Positions 11,493 through 23,700 of a DNA stretch of 64,000 bases are shown here, piece after piece (the stretch's first letter is position 1; each line of letters opens with the position of its first letter). The notes beneath the pieces are model-generated. The model saw nothing but the letters and a program-made list of their open reading frames with translations, was not told the origin of the DNA and searched no databases. The DNA comes from Cyanophora paradoxa CCMP329 (taxonomy: Eukaryota > Plantae > Glaucophyta). The stretch lies in contig QPMI01000109.1 of assembly GCA_004431415.1 (NCBI GenBank), positions 62,001-126,000 on the forward strand, read 5' to 3'. The translations under genes were made by a program, and so were the position numbers.

Positions 11493-14400
11493 CTAGCGGG
11501 TGAACTGCCTGGCATCCCCCTTCTCCCTCTTCCCGTACGGGTTCGCCGCGCTGAAGCTGTGCCCCCCCGCCTTCCGCTGCCGCCCGCGTCGGCGGGGCGA
11601 GCGCCGCGGCAGGGGGTGCGGGCACGGGCACCTGCAGAACGGCCCCCTTGCTGCCCTGGCGCCCGGGGCCCGTGCCGAAGCCGCCGCCGCCGCCGCGCCT
11701 CCGGATCTTCTCCCCCTTGCCGCTCCCCATGATATCTGGCGAACCCCCGGGCCGTCGGCAGGCCGCGCGGGCGAGGGGTACCGGGCATGGGATGCGCGCA
11801 CTCAGGTTGACCTTGGGGGGTACGGAGAAGCCGAAGGACCTGGCGACCTGCGGGGCGCGGGGGCGTCAGAGGCGGCGGGGCGGGGCGGGGCGCGGGGTGC
11901 GGGGCGGGCCTTCTGGAGGTCGAGGGCGTGGACGTTGAAGATGTCCTTCAGCGAGTGCGACGCGTACGCCTGCCCCCGCCGCGTCGGCGCCGCGCGGGGG
12001 GCGCCCGGGCCGCGGGAGGGCGGGGGGCACCTGGAGGTAGGAGCGGTAGGCGTCGCGGGCCGACTTGTGCAGGTAGTAGTTCTTCTCCATCAGCCGCTCG
12101 AGCTGCACGGCCGGCGGCGTCAGGCGCGGCGTGCGGGGGAGGGCCGGGGGGCGGGGCGGCGCGCCTGGCTCTGGACGTTGGCGATCTTGGAGGCGGGGAA
12201 CTCGTACTCGTTGAGGGGCACCTTGGCCTGCTTGAGGTACTTCAGGAAGCCGAGCTCCTGCGGGCGGGACGAGGGTCAGCGTGGAGGGGCGGGGGCGCGG
12301 GGCGGGGGCGGGGCGGGGGCGGGGGCGGGGCGGGGCGGGCCTCCGGGGTGAGGAAGAGGAGGGCGCGGCCCTTGCCGCCCTCGCCGCGCGCCGTGCGCCC
12401 CACCCGGTGGATGTACTCCTTCGGCTCGTCCGGCGGGTCGTACTGGATGATCCAGTCCACCTGCCCGGCCCCGACGCGTCAGGCGCCTCGCCGGGAGGAG
12501 GAGCGGGGCGGGGCGGGGCGGGCCTGGGGGATGTCGAGGCCGCGGGCGGCGACGTCGGTGGAGAGGAGGGTGCCGGAGGAGGCGTTGCAGAACTCGAAGA
12601 AGGTCGTCGTCCGCTTGTTCTGCTTCTGCTTCCCGTGCAGGTCCAGCACCGGGATGTCCACCTGCGCCCCACGCTCGCCCCCGGCGGGGCGGGGCGGGGC
12701 GGGGCGGGCGGGCGGACGTAGTTGAGGAGCTCGGCGTGGAACTTGACCGAGTTGCACGACGAGAAGAAGACGATCACCTGTGCCGCGGGGCGTCAGGGCG
12801 CCGCGTCAGGGCGGGGCGGGGGCGGGGCGGGGGCGGGCGGCGGCGGCGGGCCTTCTTCTTGAGGTTCTTCTTGAGGAAGGTGAAGAGGAGGAGGAAGCGA
12901 CGGTCCGAGGGGCACACGACGTAGCCCTGCGCCCCCGCCAGGCCGCTCGGACCGGGGGCGCGCTGGCGCCGCCGGCGAGGGCGGGGGCGCGGGGCGGCGG
13001 ACCTGCTCGAGGCCGTCGACGGTGGCGGTGACGGCGTTGTCGTGCACGCCGACGTAGAGCGGCCGCCGCAGCGACAGCCGCGCCAGGTCCTCCACCTGCG
13101 CGCGCCGCCCGGCCCGCTCGCTCGCGAGGGGGCGGCGGCGGGGAGACGGCGCGGGGCGGGGGCGCGGCGGGCCTTGGTGGTCTGCGTCGCGGAGAAGAGC
13201 ATCGTCCGCCGCTCCGTCGGCAGCAGCTTCAGGATCTGCCGCCCGCGTCAGCCGGGGCGGGCGGCGCCGGGGCGGGGCGGGGCGGGGCGGGGAGGGGCGG
13301 GCGGGCCTGGCGCATCTCCTCCTCGAAGCCGATCTCGAGGATGCGGTCGGCCTCGTCGATGACGAGGACCTGGAGGTTCTTGAAGAGGAAGCCCTTCGTG
13401 TTCTGCAGGTGGTCCAGCAGCCGCCCCGGCGTCGCCACGATCAGCGACACCCCCTTCGCCAGCTTCTCCGCCTCCGCCCGCCGGTTCGCCCCGCCCATCA
13501 CCACCTGCCGCCGCGCCTCAGCGCCGGGGCGGGGCGGGGCGGGGGGCGGGCGGGGCGGCGGGGGCGGGCGGACGCCGTGGGTCTGGTGGTGGTACTTCAT
13601 GAGCTCGCGTGCGACCCCGTAGATCTGGATGCAGAGCTCCCGCGTCGGCGAGATGATCACCACGCCCGTCCCTGCACCGCCCCGCCCCAGCGAGGCTCAG
13701 CCCGGCGGGCAGGGATGGGGCGGCTGCGCGGGGCACCGTTGCGGGGCATGAACTTGAGCTTGTGCAGCAGCTCGATGCACGGCACGAGGAACGCCAGCGT
13801 CTGCGCGGCGGCGTCGCCGGGGGCGGGGGCGGGGGCGGATCGCGGGGGCGGGGGGCGGGGCGGGGCGGACCTTGCCGGAGCCGGTGCGGGCGGCGCCGAG
13901 GATGTCCCGGCCCTCCAGCGCCGGCGGGATGCACCGCGCTTGCACCTGCGCCCGCGTCGGTCAGGCGCCGCCAGCGCGCGGCCGGGGCGGGGCGGGGGGC
14001 GGGCCTCGGTCATGTGGGTGAAGCCCATCTCGACGATGGCCTTGCTCGTCTGCTCCGTCAGCTCGACCTCGTCGAACCGCTTCTCCGATATGATCCCCGC
14101 CACCACCGCCTCCACTGCGGCCCCGCCCGTCAGCCGCCGCCGCCGCCGCCGCCGCCGCGAGGGGCGGGCGCGGGCGGACCGCGCTCCATGCCGCCGGGCG
14201 CGGCGACGGGCCGCGCGCGCTTCTTGTCCCGATCGCTCGGCTTCCCGTCCCGGATGTCGGGCTTCGCCTCCTCCGCCTCCGCCTGCTCCTCGCCGGCCCC
14301 GCCCTCCTCCTGCGCGCCGCGGCTCGGAGGACGCAGCGCGAGGAATAAAGTGCATTGACGCGCCTCGCCCGCATCGCTACCGTCCTCCCCGCCCGCGTCC

Positions 14401-14911
14401 TCGGCGTCGCTCCCGCCGCTCGGCTCGGCGTCCTGCGGACCCGGCTCGGCGTGAGCCCGCCGCCCAGGCGCATCGATGCGCGCATACGCGGGTCTAAGTG
14501 GTCTCCCAAGCGCGCCGAGCGCCGAGCGGACCCGCCCCGCGCGCGCCCCGCGCGCACCTGCTCCTCGCCCGACTCCTCGCTCGCGACTGGCTCGGGCTCG
14601 CGCTGCTTCTTCTTGCGATCCTTCTTGTGCATGCGAGCCTCGTCCGCGCTGTCCAGCGCCTCCTCCAGCGGCACGGCTGCGTGCTTTCGCTTCTTCGCCG
14701 AGGCTGAAGCGTTCGCGAAGGTGCCCGCCTCGGGCCGATCGCGCTTGTGCTTCTGCGGCTGCGGCTCCTCCTGCTCTTCCTTGCGCCCTGCTTGCTTCTC
14801 CTTCTTGCCTCCCGCCGGCATCGAGAAGCGAACGGCGTGCGTGTGCTGCTTCGCGCCCTGTGAGCCCTCGGACGCCCGCTGAGGCTGTCCTAGCTTCTTG
14901 CCGGGTTTCAT
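11493..14911 (-). CDS. HAS1: DEAD-box RNA helicase HAS1/DDX18 (ribosome biogenesis)
   Basis: Q motif [88 protein letters not shown]; about 20 exons. Confidence 0.95.
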
Positions 14912-15465
14912 CGCTGCTAGCTAGCGCGCCTGATCGCGACGCGCCGCAAAGCAGGGAACTCTCTTTGGGGTATGGACTCCTTCCTTCGTTCGCTTCCCAC
15001 CCGCCTACGCGTACCCCAGTCCCTGGTCATCGTCCTGGTCCAACCGAGCTCCGTCGTCCAAACCAGGAAGGCCGGTGCGTCAGCTGCTTCCGCGTGGCTG
15101 AAGAGTGCCCTTAAAGCCGTTCTGCCGCCCCCGGAGAGCTGGCGTGTGCCGGAAGGCCCGCCAGGCAGTTTGATGGTCTGGCATCCGACCAGCCGGCGTG
15201 GTCCTCCTGCTAGATCGCCTCATATTCGTTCCAAAGCCTTCGGCTGTCACCGGCAGCAGCGGCCGCGGCCCGTTAGGCGCCTGCGATGACCTGGGCAGCA
15301 CCCATGATCTCCGCCGTCCAGCCGGCCTACCCGGGCGGCAGCACTCGCCTTAGAGGCCGGCATAGCACCTCCGCCGGCCGCGAAACCGGTTCCCGAGTCG
15401 GCAGTTCGCGCCGTGGCTGACGGCGTCGCCGCAGGGAAGCCTGTTCGACAGTCGACGGGGACAGA

Positions 15466-16781
15466 ATGAGCATCGACGAGCTCGTGGATATGCTTCAGGA
15501 CGGCGGCGCGTCGGATGATGCCCCGAAGACCTGCAAGAAGGTGCCCGGCGCGGCGCCTCCGTCGCGCCCGCGGCCGACGCGGCGCCCCGGCTGGCAGGTC
15601 AAGTGCAAGGCGCCGAGGGGCGCCAAGCAGTTCAACAAAGACGCCAACGACCTCCACAAGAGGGTGCGCCGGCCGCGTGCGGGCGCCCCGGGCGGGGCCG
15701 GCCCACACCGGGCGCGGCAGGTGAAGAAGCTGAGCACGAACCTGAAGAAGTTCACGAAGGGCTCCAAGAAGCTCTCCAAGAGCGTGCGCCCGCCCCTCCT
15801 CCGCCCCTCCCCCCTCGCCCTTGGCCGACGCGCTGTGCCGCCCCGCAGTCCACGAAGCTCGTCAAGTCCCACAAGAAGGTAGCCCCCGCCCCGCTCGCGG
15901 CGCCTCCGGGCGGCCGCCGAACGCCGCCGCCCGCGCGCCCCCGCGCAGCTCGCCAAGGCCCTCTCGAAGGCGCTCAAGGTGCGCCCCCGCGGGGCTGCCC
16001 CGCGCCTCCCCGCGCCTTACGGGGCGCGCGCAGAACAAGATCAAGTTCAACAAGAACGTCAAGAAGCTCGTGAAGATCCAGAAGAAGGTCGCCGGCGGTG
16101 CGCCCTGTACCCCCCGGCCCCGCCCGCCCCGCCCGGCCTCACCGGCGCTCCCCTCCGCAGGCGCCAAGAAGGCGCACAAGGCCGTCGAGAAGGTGCCGCC
16201 GCGCCGCCGCCCCGGGCCCGCTGCCCCCGTTCGACGCCGTACCCCCCGCAGGTCGGCAACGCGATGGAGAACAACATGGCGGTCATCCGGGAGATGTTCG
16301 AGAAGGTGCCGTACCCCCGCGGCCCACGCGTACCCCTCGCCTTCGGCTGAGCGGGGCGCCGCGCAGCTCACGACGGCCCTCGACCGCGCCGTCGAGAAGG
16401 TCCTACCCCCCTCTTCCCCCCCCCCCCCCTCCGGCTCCTCCCCCCCACCCCGCTGATGCGCCCGGGGCGCAGTACGACGAGAAGTACTCCTCGCTGGACG
16501 ACCACACGAACACCGTCGCCGACGACGCGCACTTCGCTGTCTACGTCCGCCCCGCCCCCTCCACCCCGCCCCGGCGGCCCCCGCTCCGCTCTGACCGGCC
16601 CCGCGCGCAGGAGGCGGGGGCGGGCTACGGGGCGGAGGGCGCGGCGGCGGAGGCGGAGGACGCGGGGGCGGAGGCGGACGGCGACGCGGCGCTCTCCGCC
16701 GCCTTCCACGAGGACGGCGCCTTCGCCTTCGCCGCCGAGTCCGGGCCCTGGGGCGCCGAGCAGCCCGCGCCCGTCATGTAG
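15466..16781 (+). CDS. Lys-rich coiled-coil protein with acidic C-terminus, encoded by many ~25-70 nt exons
   Basis: Spliced: MSIDELVDMLQ..|VKKLSTNLKKFTKGSKKLSKS|..LVKSHKK|LAKALSKALK|NKIKFNKNVKKLVKIQKK|..|YDEKYSSLDDHT..EQPAPVM*. An acceptor at ~15434 suggests upstream exons. Confidence 0.65.
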
Positions 16782-17036
16782 GCAGCCTCCCCGCCCCCCC
16801 TGTCAGATACTATGTAGGATCCGGCCCCGTATCCATGCGTACATATTTAGATATTACCGATTCGCCGATTTGCGACCGCCTGGTCTTTTTTTTCCACCGC
16901 ACACGCACACGACCCATCAGCACACACCGCTTGTGGGGGGCTATGAGTTCGAGGGAACATGCCAGGATGCTGACGATGATCGGTGATCACAGGGGTGCTG
17001 CCGTATGCACAGGGGTCATTTCGCGATCGCGATCGG

Positions 17037-17081
17037 GTCCCACTTGGAAACCCGGGCTGTTTTTTTTCCACCTTCATATAT
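17037..17081 (+). promoter_or_regulatory. USE + TATA-like Pol III snRNA-type promoter
   Basis: GTCCCACTTGG (17037-17047) resembles the plant USE RTCCCACATCG. TTCATATAT (17073-17081) lies 25 bp further on, ~30 bp before the RNase P RNA 5' end. Confidence 0.6.
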
Positions 17082-17106
17082 GCCGGAATATTCTATTTTC
17101 GTTTCA

Positions 17107-17411
17107 TGCTGCGCTCTGATGCCGCCCACCCCGCAAGGGGAATGCCTAAACACACGGAGTGCCCCCCTCAGGAGGGGTACTCGAGTAGGCGAGGGAAGGT
17201 CTGAGCTGCCGACTGCTCTTGGGGGGCACCAGGCGCAATCCTGGCCCCGGTACCGGAAATGGCCCCACGCCGCCACCAAACCCACGACGCCGCGAGGCTG
17301 AAGGGGGGCGGGCTGTGGTTGAAACGCCGCCGGGGAGCAGCTGAAATGAGAGTCCAATTGGGCGGCCGGCCCGAGGGCCGGAACTCAATTCAGCCACTCC
17401 AGGGCGCAGCA
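17107..17411 (+). ncRNA. RPR1: Nuclear RNase P RNA (RPR1/H1-type)
   Basis: P1: 12 bp TGCTGCGCTCTG/CAGGGCGCAGCA. P2: GCCGCCCA/TGGGCGGC. P3 with internal loop. CR-I GGGAAGGTCTGAG (17193-17205), CR-III TTGAAAC, CR-IV GAGAGTCCAAT, P19 hairpin, CR-V AACTCAATTCAGCCAC forming P4 with a bulged U. Followed by TTTT. Confidence 0.9.
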
Positions 17412-17413
17412 CC

Positions 17414-17417
17414 TTTT
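17414..17417 (+). terminator. Pol III terminator of RNase P RNA
   Basis: TTTT just after the P1 3' strand. Confidence 0.6.
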
Positions 17418-17722
17418 GGAATTGCCAGTTGACGTTCATTTGCAATAAACTTGAAAGATGTTCTACTGCACTAGAGCGTGTGTATGTTCACAATGTTAAC
17501 GTTGTGAGTAAGGCTGCAGCTGCAGATCTAGATCTATAGCTAGCTATAGCTATATAGCTATAGAATCCGAGAAAACACTGGCCATGGATTAATAAAGAGA
17601 ATAGCACCGCTTCTAGATACTAACAAATTAAAGCTTCGGACTAGAACAGAGACTAAAATCGAAGCCAGTAAAGAACTAGAAAAGGTTTCGCACACATGTA
17701 CAGCCGGCGGGGGCGGGGGCGG

Positions 17723-20700
17723 CTACAGGCGGGCGACGATGTTGCTGGAGCAGTCCGTGCTGCCGGGGCAGGTCTTGGAGCAGTCGGTGCCAGAGTAGAA
17801 GGGCGCGGCGGCGCGGCCGGCGTTGCAGGAGCAGGCGCCGCTGATGGGGTCGGGGACGCCGCCGTTGCGGCAGCGGGAGGCCTCCTGGGGCTCGTCGTCG
17901 CAGTAGATGCCGGAGTAGGGGTCCGCGCATGCGCACTTGACGGTGGCGTCGTCGAAGGCGCCCCGGCCCTTGCAGGGGTCCCCGTACAGCGCGAGGAACG
18001 ACTGCCGCCTGTACGTCCCGCACGGCGCGTACGGCTTCGTCTCGTTGAAGACCAGCGTGTACCTGCGAAGTGGCGGAGTCAGCTTAAGCTTGCGATCCGG
18101 ATCGGGCCCGGGGGGCGAGGGAGGTTAAGCGGGGGGCGGACTCGGTGCCTGTGATGTCGCGGGAGACGAGGGAGCAGGCCTTGGCGGGGAGCTGCGCGAC
18201 GCTCAGGTCCACGAGCCGCAGCTTCAGCACCTGCTCGTAGCCGCTGTTCAGGTACGCGCTCTCCGGGTACGCGATCTTCTTCGAGTCCGGCGGGTAGTAC
18301 TCGAACGCCAGGTGGTTCCCGTCTGCCCGCCCCCGCGTCACAGAGCGGATCGATCTCGCGGGGGCGCGGGGGCCGGGGGCGGGGCACCGTCGGAGATGAA
18401 GGGGAGGACGGGGAGGCGGGCGGTGCGCTTGGTGCCCTTGTAGTAGGAGCCGAACTCGTACTCGAAGGCGGTCGCCGCGGGGTCCGCCTCCGCCAGGTCC
18501 AGCACCCGCACCGCCGTGTACGTCGACCTGCGCGCGGGGGGCGGAGGAGGGCGGAGGAGGGCGGGGGGGGGCGTGAGACGGGGGGAGACGGGGCCCGGCC
18601 CGGGGCGGGCGAGGGGGCGGGGCCGGGGGCGGGCCAGGCAAGGAGGAAGCGGCCGCTGGCGGAGGTGCGGAGCTCGTAGGGGGTCGAGAAGGTCAGGTCC
18701 ACCCCCGCCGCCGGCCGCACCATCGTCCGGTTCACCGCGTACCGCCGCGCCACGCTCCGCCCTGCCCCGCGCGCGACCCCGAGGCCAGACGGTCAGAGGC
18801 CGGCGGCGGCGCAGACAAGGGGGGCGGGGCGGGGCGGGGCGGGCCGGTGATGTAGAGGTCGGAGGTGCCGGGCGGGTTGTAGATGGAGATGTCCGTGAAG
18901 GCCGGGCCCTGCGGGTCGTACACCTGCGCGGCCCGGGCCCGAGGCCCGGCGTCGGCGGGGAGACATCGCGGGAGGGCGGGGGCGGGGGCGGGCCTTGGAG
19001 TTGTTGCGGGCGGCGCTGTAGCTGTCGTAGTCCTCGGGGTCCGCGGGGACGCCCTCCCACGCCCGCGTCGCCGTCGGGCTCATCTGCCCGCGCGCGGCGC
19101 TCAGCGGCCGCCTCCGGGGGCCCGGGCCGGCGGGGCGGGTCGGGGGCGGACGCGGAGGACGAAGGCGGGGCTGGGGCTGGCGGCCTCGCCGGTGCTGTAC
19201 GTCGGCAGCAGCGTCTCCCGGTCGAAGGGCACGACGAGGACCATGGAGCGCGTGTCGAAGGCCGCGAAGGGGACGCTCGTGTAGGGCGAGGCGGCCGTCC
19301 CGTTGGCGACGGAGGCGGCGCCGTACGCGGTGGCGGCGCCGGCGGCGTCGATGTTGGAGGAGAGGAGGGCGCGGCGGCAGCGGGAGGAGCCGAAGCCGAG
19401 GGCCGGCTCCGCCCACGCGAGCTGCCACGCGCCGGCGACGAGGCGGGCGAGGTACAGCACGGCGCTCGTCTTGCAGTCGCCCGCCGCCCCCGCGATCTTG
19501 CACATCCCCGTCCCCGCCGCGTCTGCCCCGAGGTCAGCGCCGCGCGGCCGAATGAAGCGGCGGGCGGGCCCTTCTCGATGAAGGAGAGGCAGCCGGCGAG
19601 GAGGGTGCCGTTCACGGAGAAGGCGGCGGCGCTGCTCATGAAGAGCTGGTCCCTGGCCGCCGCCCGCTCCGCCGCGTCCACCAGCACCGTCCCCCGCCCC
19701 GTCTCGGGGTTCCCCTGCTCCACGCTCAGCCCCTCCCGAGGGAGGGCGGGGCCGGGGGGCGGGCGCGCGTCGGGCCCGATGGGGTAGACGACGCCGGCGG
19801 CGGCGACGAAGCCGCTCCGCGTGCTCCACGCCACCGGCTCCGCAGCCTCCTGCGTCAGCAGGTCCCGCGTCCCCAGCGGCCGCGCCCACGTCCTGCGGGG
19901 AGACGGCGCCCGTGAGCCGAGTTCGAGGGAAGAGCGGGTGGGGTGGGAAGGGGAGAATGGGGGGTACCAGGCGGAGTCCTCGGCGTACTTGTAGGGGTAC
20001 GAGCAGGCCTTGTACTTGTTACGCCAGGCGACGACGCGGCTGGCGTCCATGAAGCCCAGCAGCCGCCCGTCCGGCGCCCAGCCGTACGCTGCGCGGCGCG
20101 CGCGGCCCGTCTGAGGGGAGGGCGCAGAAGCGGGAGGGGGCCCGGCCGGGCCGGCAGGCGCACAGCGGGCGTTCTTGGAGGCGTCAGTGTTGCAGGCCAG
20201 GCACGAGTCGACGTAGCTCGTCCGCACCGTCCGCGTCTTGTCCGCGGGGTAGACCTGCGTCCCGCCCAATCTGCACCGAGCTCGAGCACGAGCGGCGAAC
20301 TGCAAGGCCGCACCCAGAGGGATGAGCGGACGTCGCGCGGGGAGGCGGCGGCCCACATGGCCGGCGTGGCGTCGCCGACGAGCATGAAGGCGCAGCCGGC
20401 GCCGGCGGGGCTGAAGAGGCCGCGGGCGGGGCGGAGGCGGTAGGAGGGGAGCCAGGTGTTGGTGGCCCGCGGGGCGAGGCTCCCGTCGAAGAGGAGCGTT
20501 GGCTGCCGCTGCACCGGCTCGTCGAACCCGGTCCCCTGCGCCTGTGCCGCCCCGCCCCGGTGGGCCCGCGCCGCGCCACGGCAAGGGAACGCTGGCGCGC
20601 CTTCATGAGGACGAAGTTGCCGAAGACGTCACCGGCGGAGAGCCAGACGGTGCTGGCGCGCCCCGCCGGCTGCTTCTTGGAGAAGGCGACCGCGCGGACG

Positions 20701-23700
20701 GCCCCCGTGAAGAGGCTCAGCGTCACCGTCTCCAGCGGCGACGCGTACAGCCCGCTGCGCGTGTCGTACACCTGCCGCCCGACGCGTGAGCGCGGGGGGC
20801 GGAGGGGAGGGCGAGCCCGGGGCGGACGCGGAGGACGCCGCTCTGCGTTCCGACGGCGACGAAGGGGCCGCTCGGGTGCACCGCGATCGCCCCCGCCTGC
20901 GCCCCGAACGCTGCGCCCCAGGCGAAGCGAAGCGAATCGATCTCTCGGAGAAGGGAGCGTTGCCTGCGGCTGGGAGGGGGCGGAGGGGCACCGTTGAGGT
21001 CGTTGCCGTAGGAGCAGTCGAGCTCGGCGATGGGCCAGACGCTGGCGACGGGGAGCCCGTACTTGTCCGTCACCCCCTGCGCCCCGCCCCGCGTCAGACT
21101 CGAGAGCATTCGAGCCGCCGCCAACACGGCAGCGCGCGCGCCGCGTTGATGGTGAGGGTGGAGTAGAAGAGGGTGTGCCTGCGCGGCGCGCCGCGGTGAG
21201 GCCGTGCGCGGAGGGGCCCGGCCCGGCCCGGCGCGCCCAAGAAGAGGACAACGCGGACCGGACGCAGAGGGGGTCGTAGCCGACGGGCGAGCGCATCTTC
21301 GTCGCGAAGACGGCCCCGTAGCCGGCCTTCGCCATCGGCACCCCCTGCTCCTCCCCCGCCTGCCCCCCGGGCGCATCAGCGGAGAGAGGAGGCGGGGCGG
21401 GGCGGGCCGGGGCGGGGCGGGGCGGGGCGGACGGCGTCGTAGGCGTTGCGGGTGTCGGGGCTCGCCTCGTTGACGAAGCCGGCGAGGAGGAACCCCCGGT
21501 CCTTGATGCGCGGGTAGTCCTCCCCCAGCAGCGACTCCAGCGTCGTCACCGGCGGCTTCGCCAGCGAGTGGTTCGCCAGCTGCCCGCCCCTCAGCCGCCG
21601 CGAACTCGGGTGCGCGGTGGGCGGGGGGCGGCGGCACCCTGTTGTAGGAGTCGATGGTGACGTTGACGGGCTGGGAGGCGGGGAGGGGCGCCGCGGGCAG
21701 GCTGATGGCGAGCGAGAACATCTCGAGGGCGCCCTCCGTCGCCGCGTTCCCCCGCGCGTCGCCCCCGATCTGCACGCCGCGCGTGAACGCGATCAGAATC
21801 TACGACGCCGCTCGATAAGATGCCGGGCCCGCCTTGATCTTGTCGTTCACGATGAAGAAGAGGGCGGAGCAGTCGCCGGCGGTGATCATGCGGTCGTTGT
21901 TGTAGCCCCAGTCGACGCGCCCCGTGGCGGGGTAGGCGGCCCGCAGCGCCGGCTCGACGTTGAAGCGCGCCCAGAGCTTGATGGGCGCCGTCGTGTCCGC
22001 CGAGTCGTACACGTACTGCGCGGCGCGCGGGCGGTGAGAAGGCGGCGGAAGTTCCGGGTTTCTAGAGTCGCCTGCGCCGGCCGGGGCGCACGAGGTAGAG
22101 GTAGTTGGAGTGGTCGCGGGCGTTGCGGGGCCAGGCCCAGACGGCCTCCTGCCCCGTCGTGAGGTAGCACGTCGTCGTGCTGAGGAGCACCTGGGCCCCC
22201 ATCGGCTGCGAGGCCGCTTGCCACTCGCCCGCGCCCGGCGCGAAGAAGGAGGTGCCCGGGAACTCCGTCCAGTCGCCGATCACGTTGAGCAGCCGCAGGT
22301 CCTCTGCCGCGGCCGCTTCAGGAAAGAATACTCGGTGGAAGGACTCAAAGAGAGAGGGCGGACCGTTCCGGAGGGAGAGGGCAGTGATGGTCGCCCCTGC
22401 AGGGATCCCGTGAGCGGCCGAAGTCGAGAGCGGAACCAAAATATAGATCGTGAACTTGGGCCGGGGGCCCACCGGGGGTGACGGCGGCGTCGTACTTGGC
22501 CCAGGCCTTGCTCGGCAGGTTCACGTAGAAGCTGGCGGCGGTCAACGTCAAGAGGCGCAGGAGCGATCGCCGGACCGAGCGCGAGCGGCGGCACCGATCG
22601 CGGGTGAAGGAGCGCGTGACCTCCCGCCCGTCGCTCACGAAGCTCGCCGTCCGCACGAACACGTTCCCTGCGCGGCGGGGTGCGGCGGGGCGGGGGCCTC
22701 ACGGTCAGGAGAGGCAGCGAGCGGGGCCGGGCCGGGGCCGGGGCGGGGCGGGCGGGCCGTTGAAGTCGACGACGGCGTCGAGGAAGCCGTCGAGGTCGAC
22801 CTCGACCTCCTGCCCGCCCGCCGGCCCGCCGGCCGGGGTCGGGGCAAGCGGGGGTCTGGGGCGAGGAGCGGGCGGCGCGCGCGCACGGCCTCGCCGGTGG
22901 GGATGAAGCGCCGCGTCGGCGGCGACCGCACGCTCTCCTGCGCGGGCGAGGTCAGCCTGGGCCAGGCCTAGGGGCGCGGGCCCGGGTCGGCACCGCGTGG
23001 CCGGTGAAGAGGGAGTCGGCGGTGCGCTTGATGACGGGCTTGGAGAGGCGGTCGTTGGAGACGTCCCACACGTTCGCCGCGATCCGCACCTGCCGCCCGC
23101 CTCATCGGTCACCCAATGCGGGCGCCGGAGCTCAAAGAGAGAGGGCGCCGCGCGCCATGACGACGTCGTTGTCTAGGTCCGTGGTCTCCCGCCACCTCAG
23201 GAGGACGACGTTCGCCAGGTAGTTGTTGTTCTCCGAGAAGGCCGCCTGCACGCGCGCGGCCCCGGGCACTCAGTGCTGCTCCGACTTGATTCCCGGCGGC
23301 TTGGGAGCCAGGGATCGAGCGCGGCTCAGCTGCGCAGGGGCACCATGGGGAAGACAAGGGTATACTGCTGGCGCGACGACGAGGCGAGCTCGCGCAGGTT
23401 GATCGACTCGTCCACCCCCGCCGTCGCCGCCGCCAGCACGTCCCGCCCAAAGCTCAGCGCCCCGCGCCGGGCGCCAGCGCCCCCGCCCTCCCCGCCCCGC
23501 AGCCGCCCCGCCCCCGCCGCCGTCGCCGTCGCCGCGGCCGCTCCCCCGCCGCCCCCGGGCCCGCTCGTGCCGCCGCCGCCGCCGGCGTCGAGGAGAGTGC
23601 GGCGGCGGGCAAGGGAGGCGGTTCCGCTGGGGACGGTGGTGCTGCCCTCGATGTAGGCGCCCTGCGTGTCGAAGACGAAGTCGCGGAGGGCGTTGTACGA

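Noticed and set aside
17107-17411. RNase MRP as an alternative identity
   Set aside because: CR-I/CR-V match nuclear RNase P (GGAAGGUCUGAG / CAAUUCAG), not MRP.
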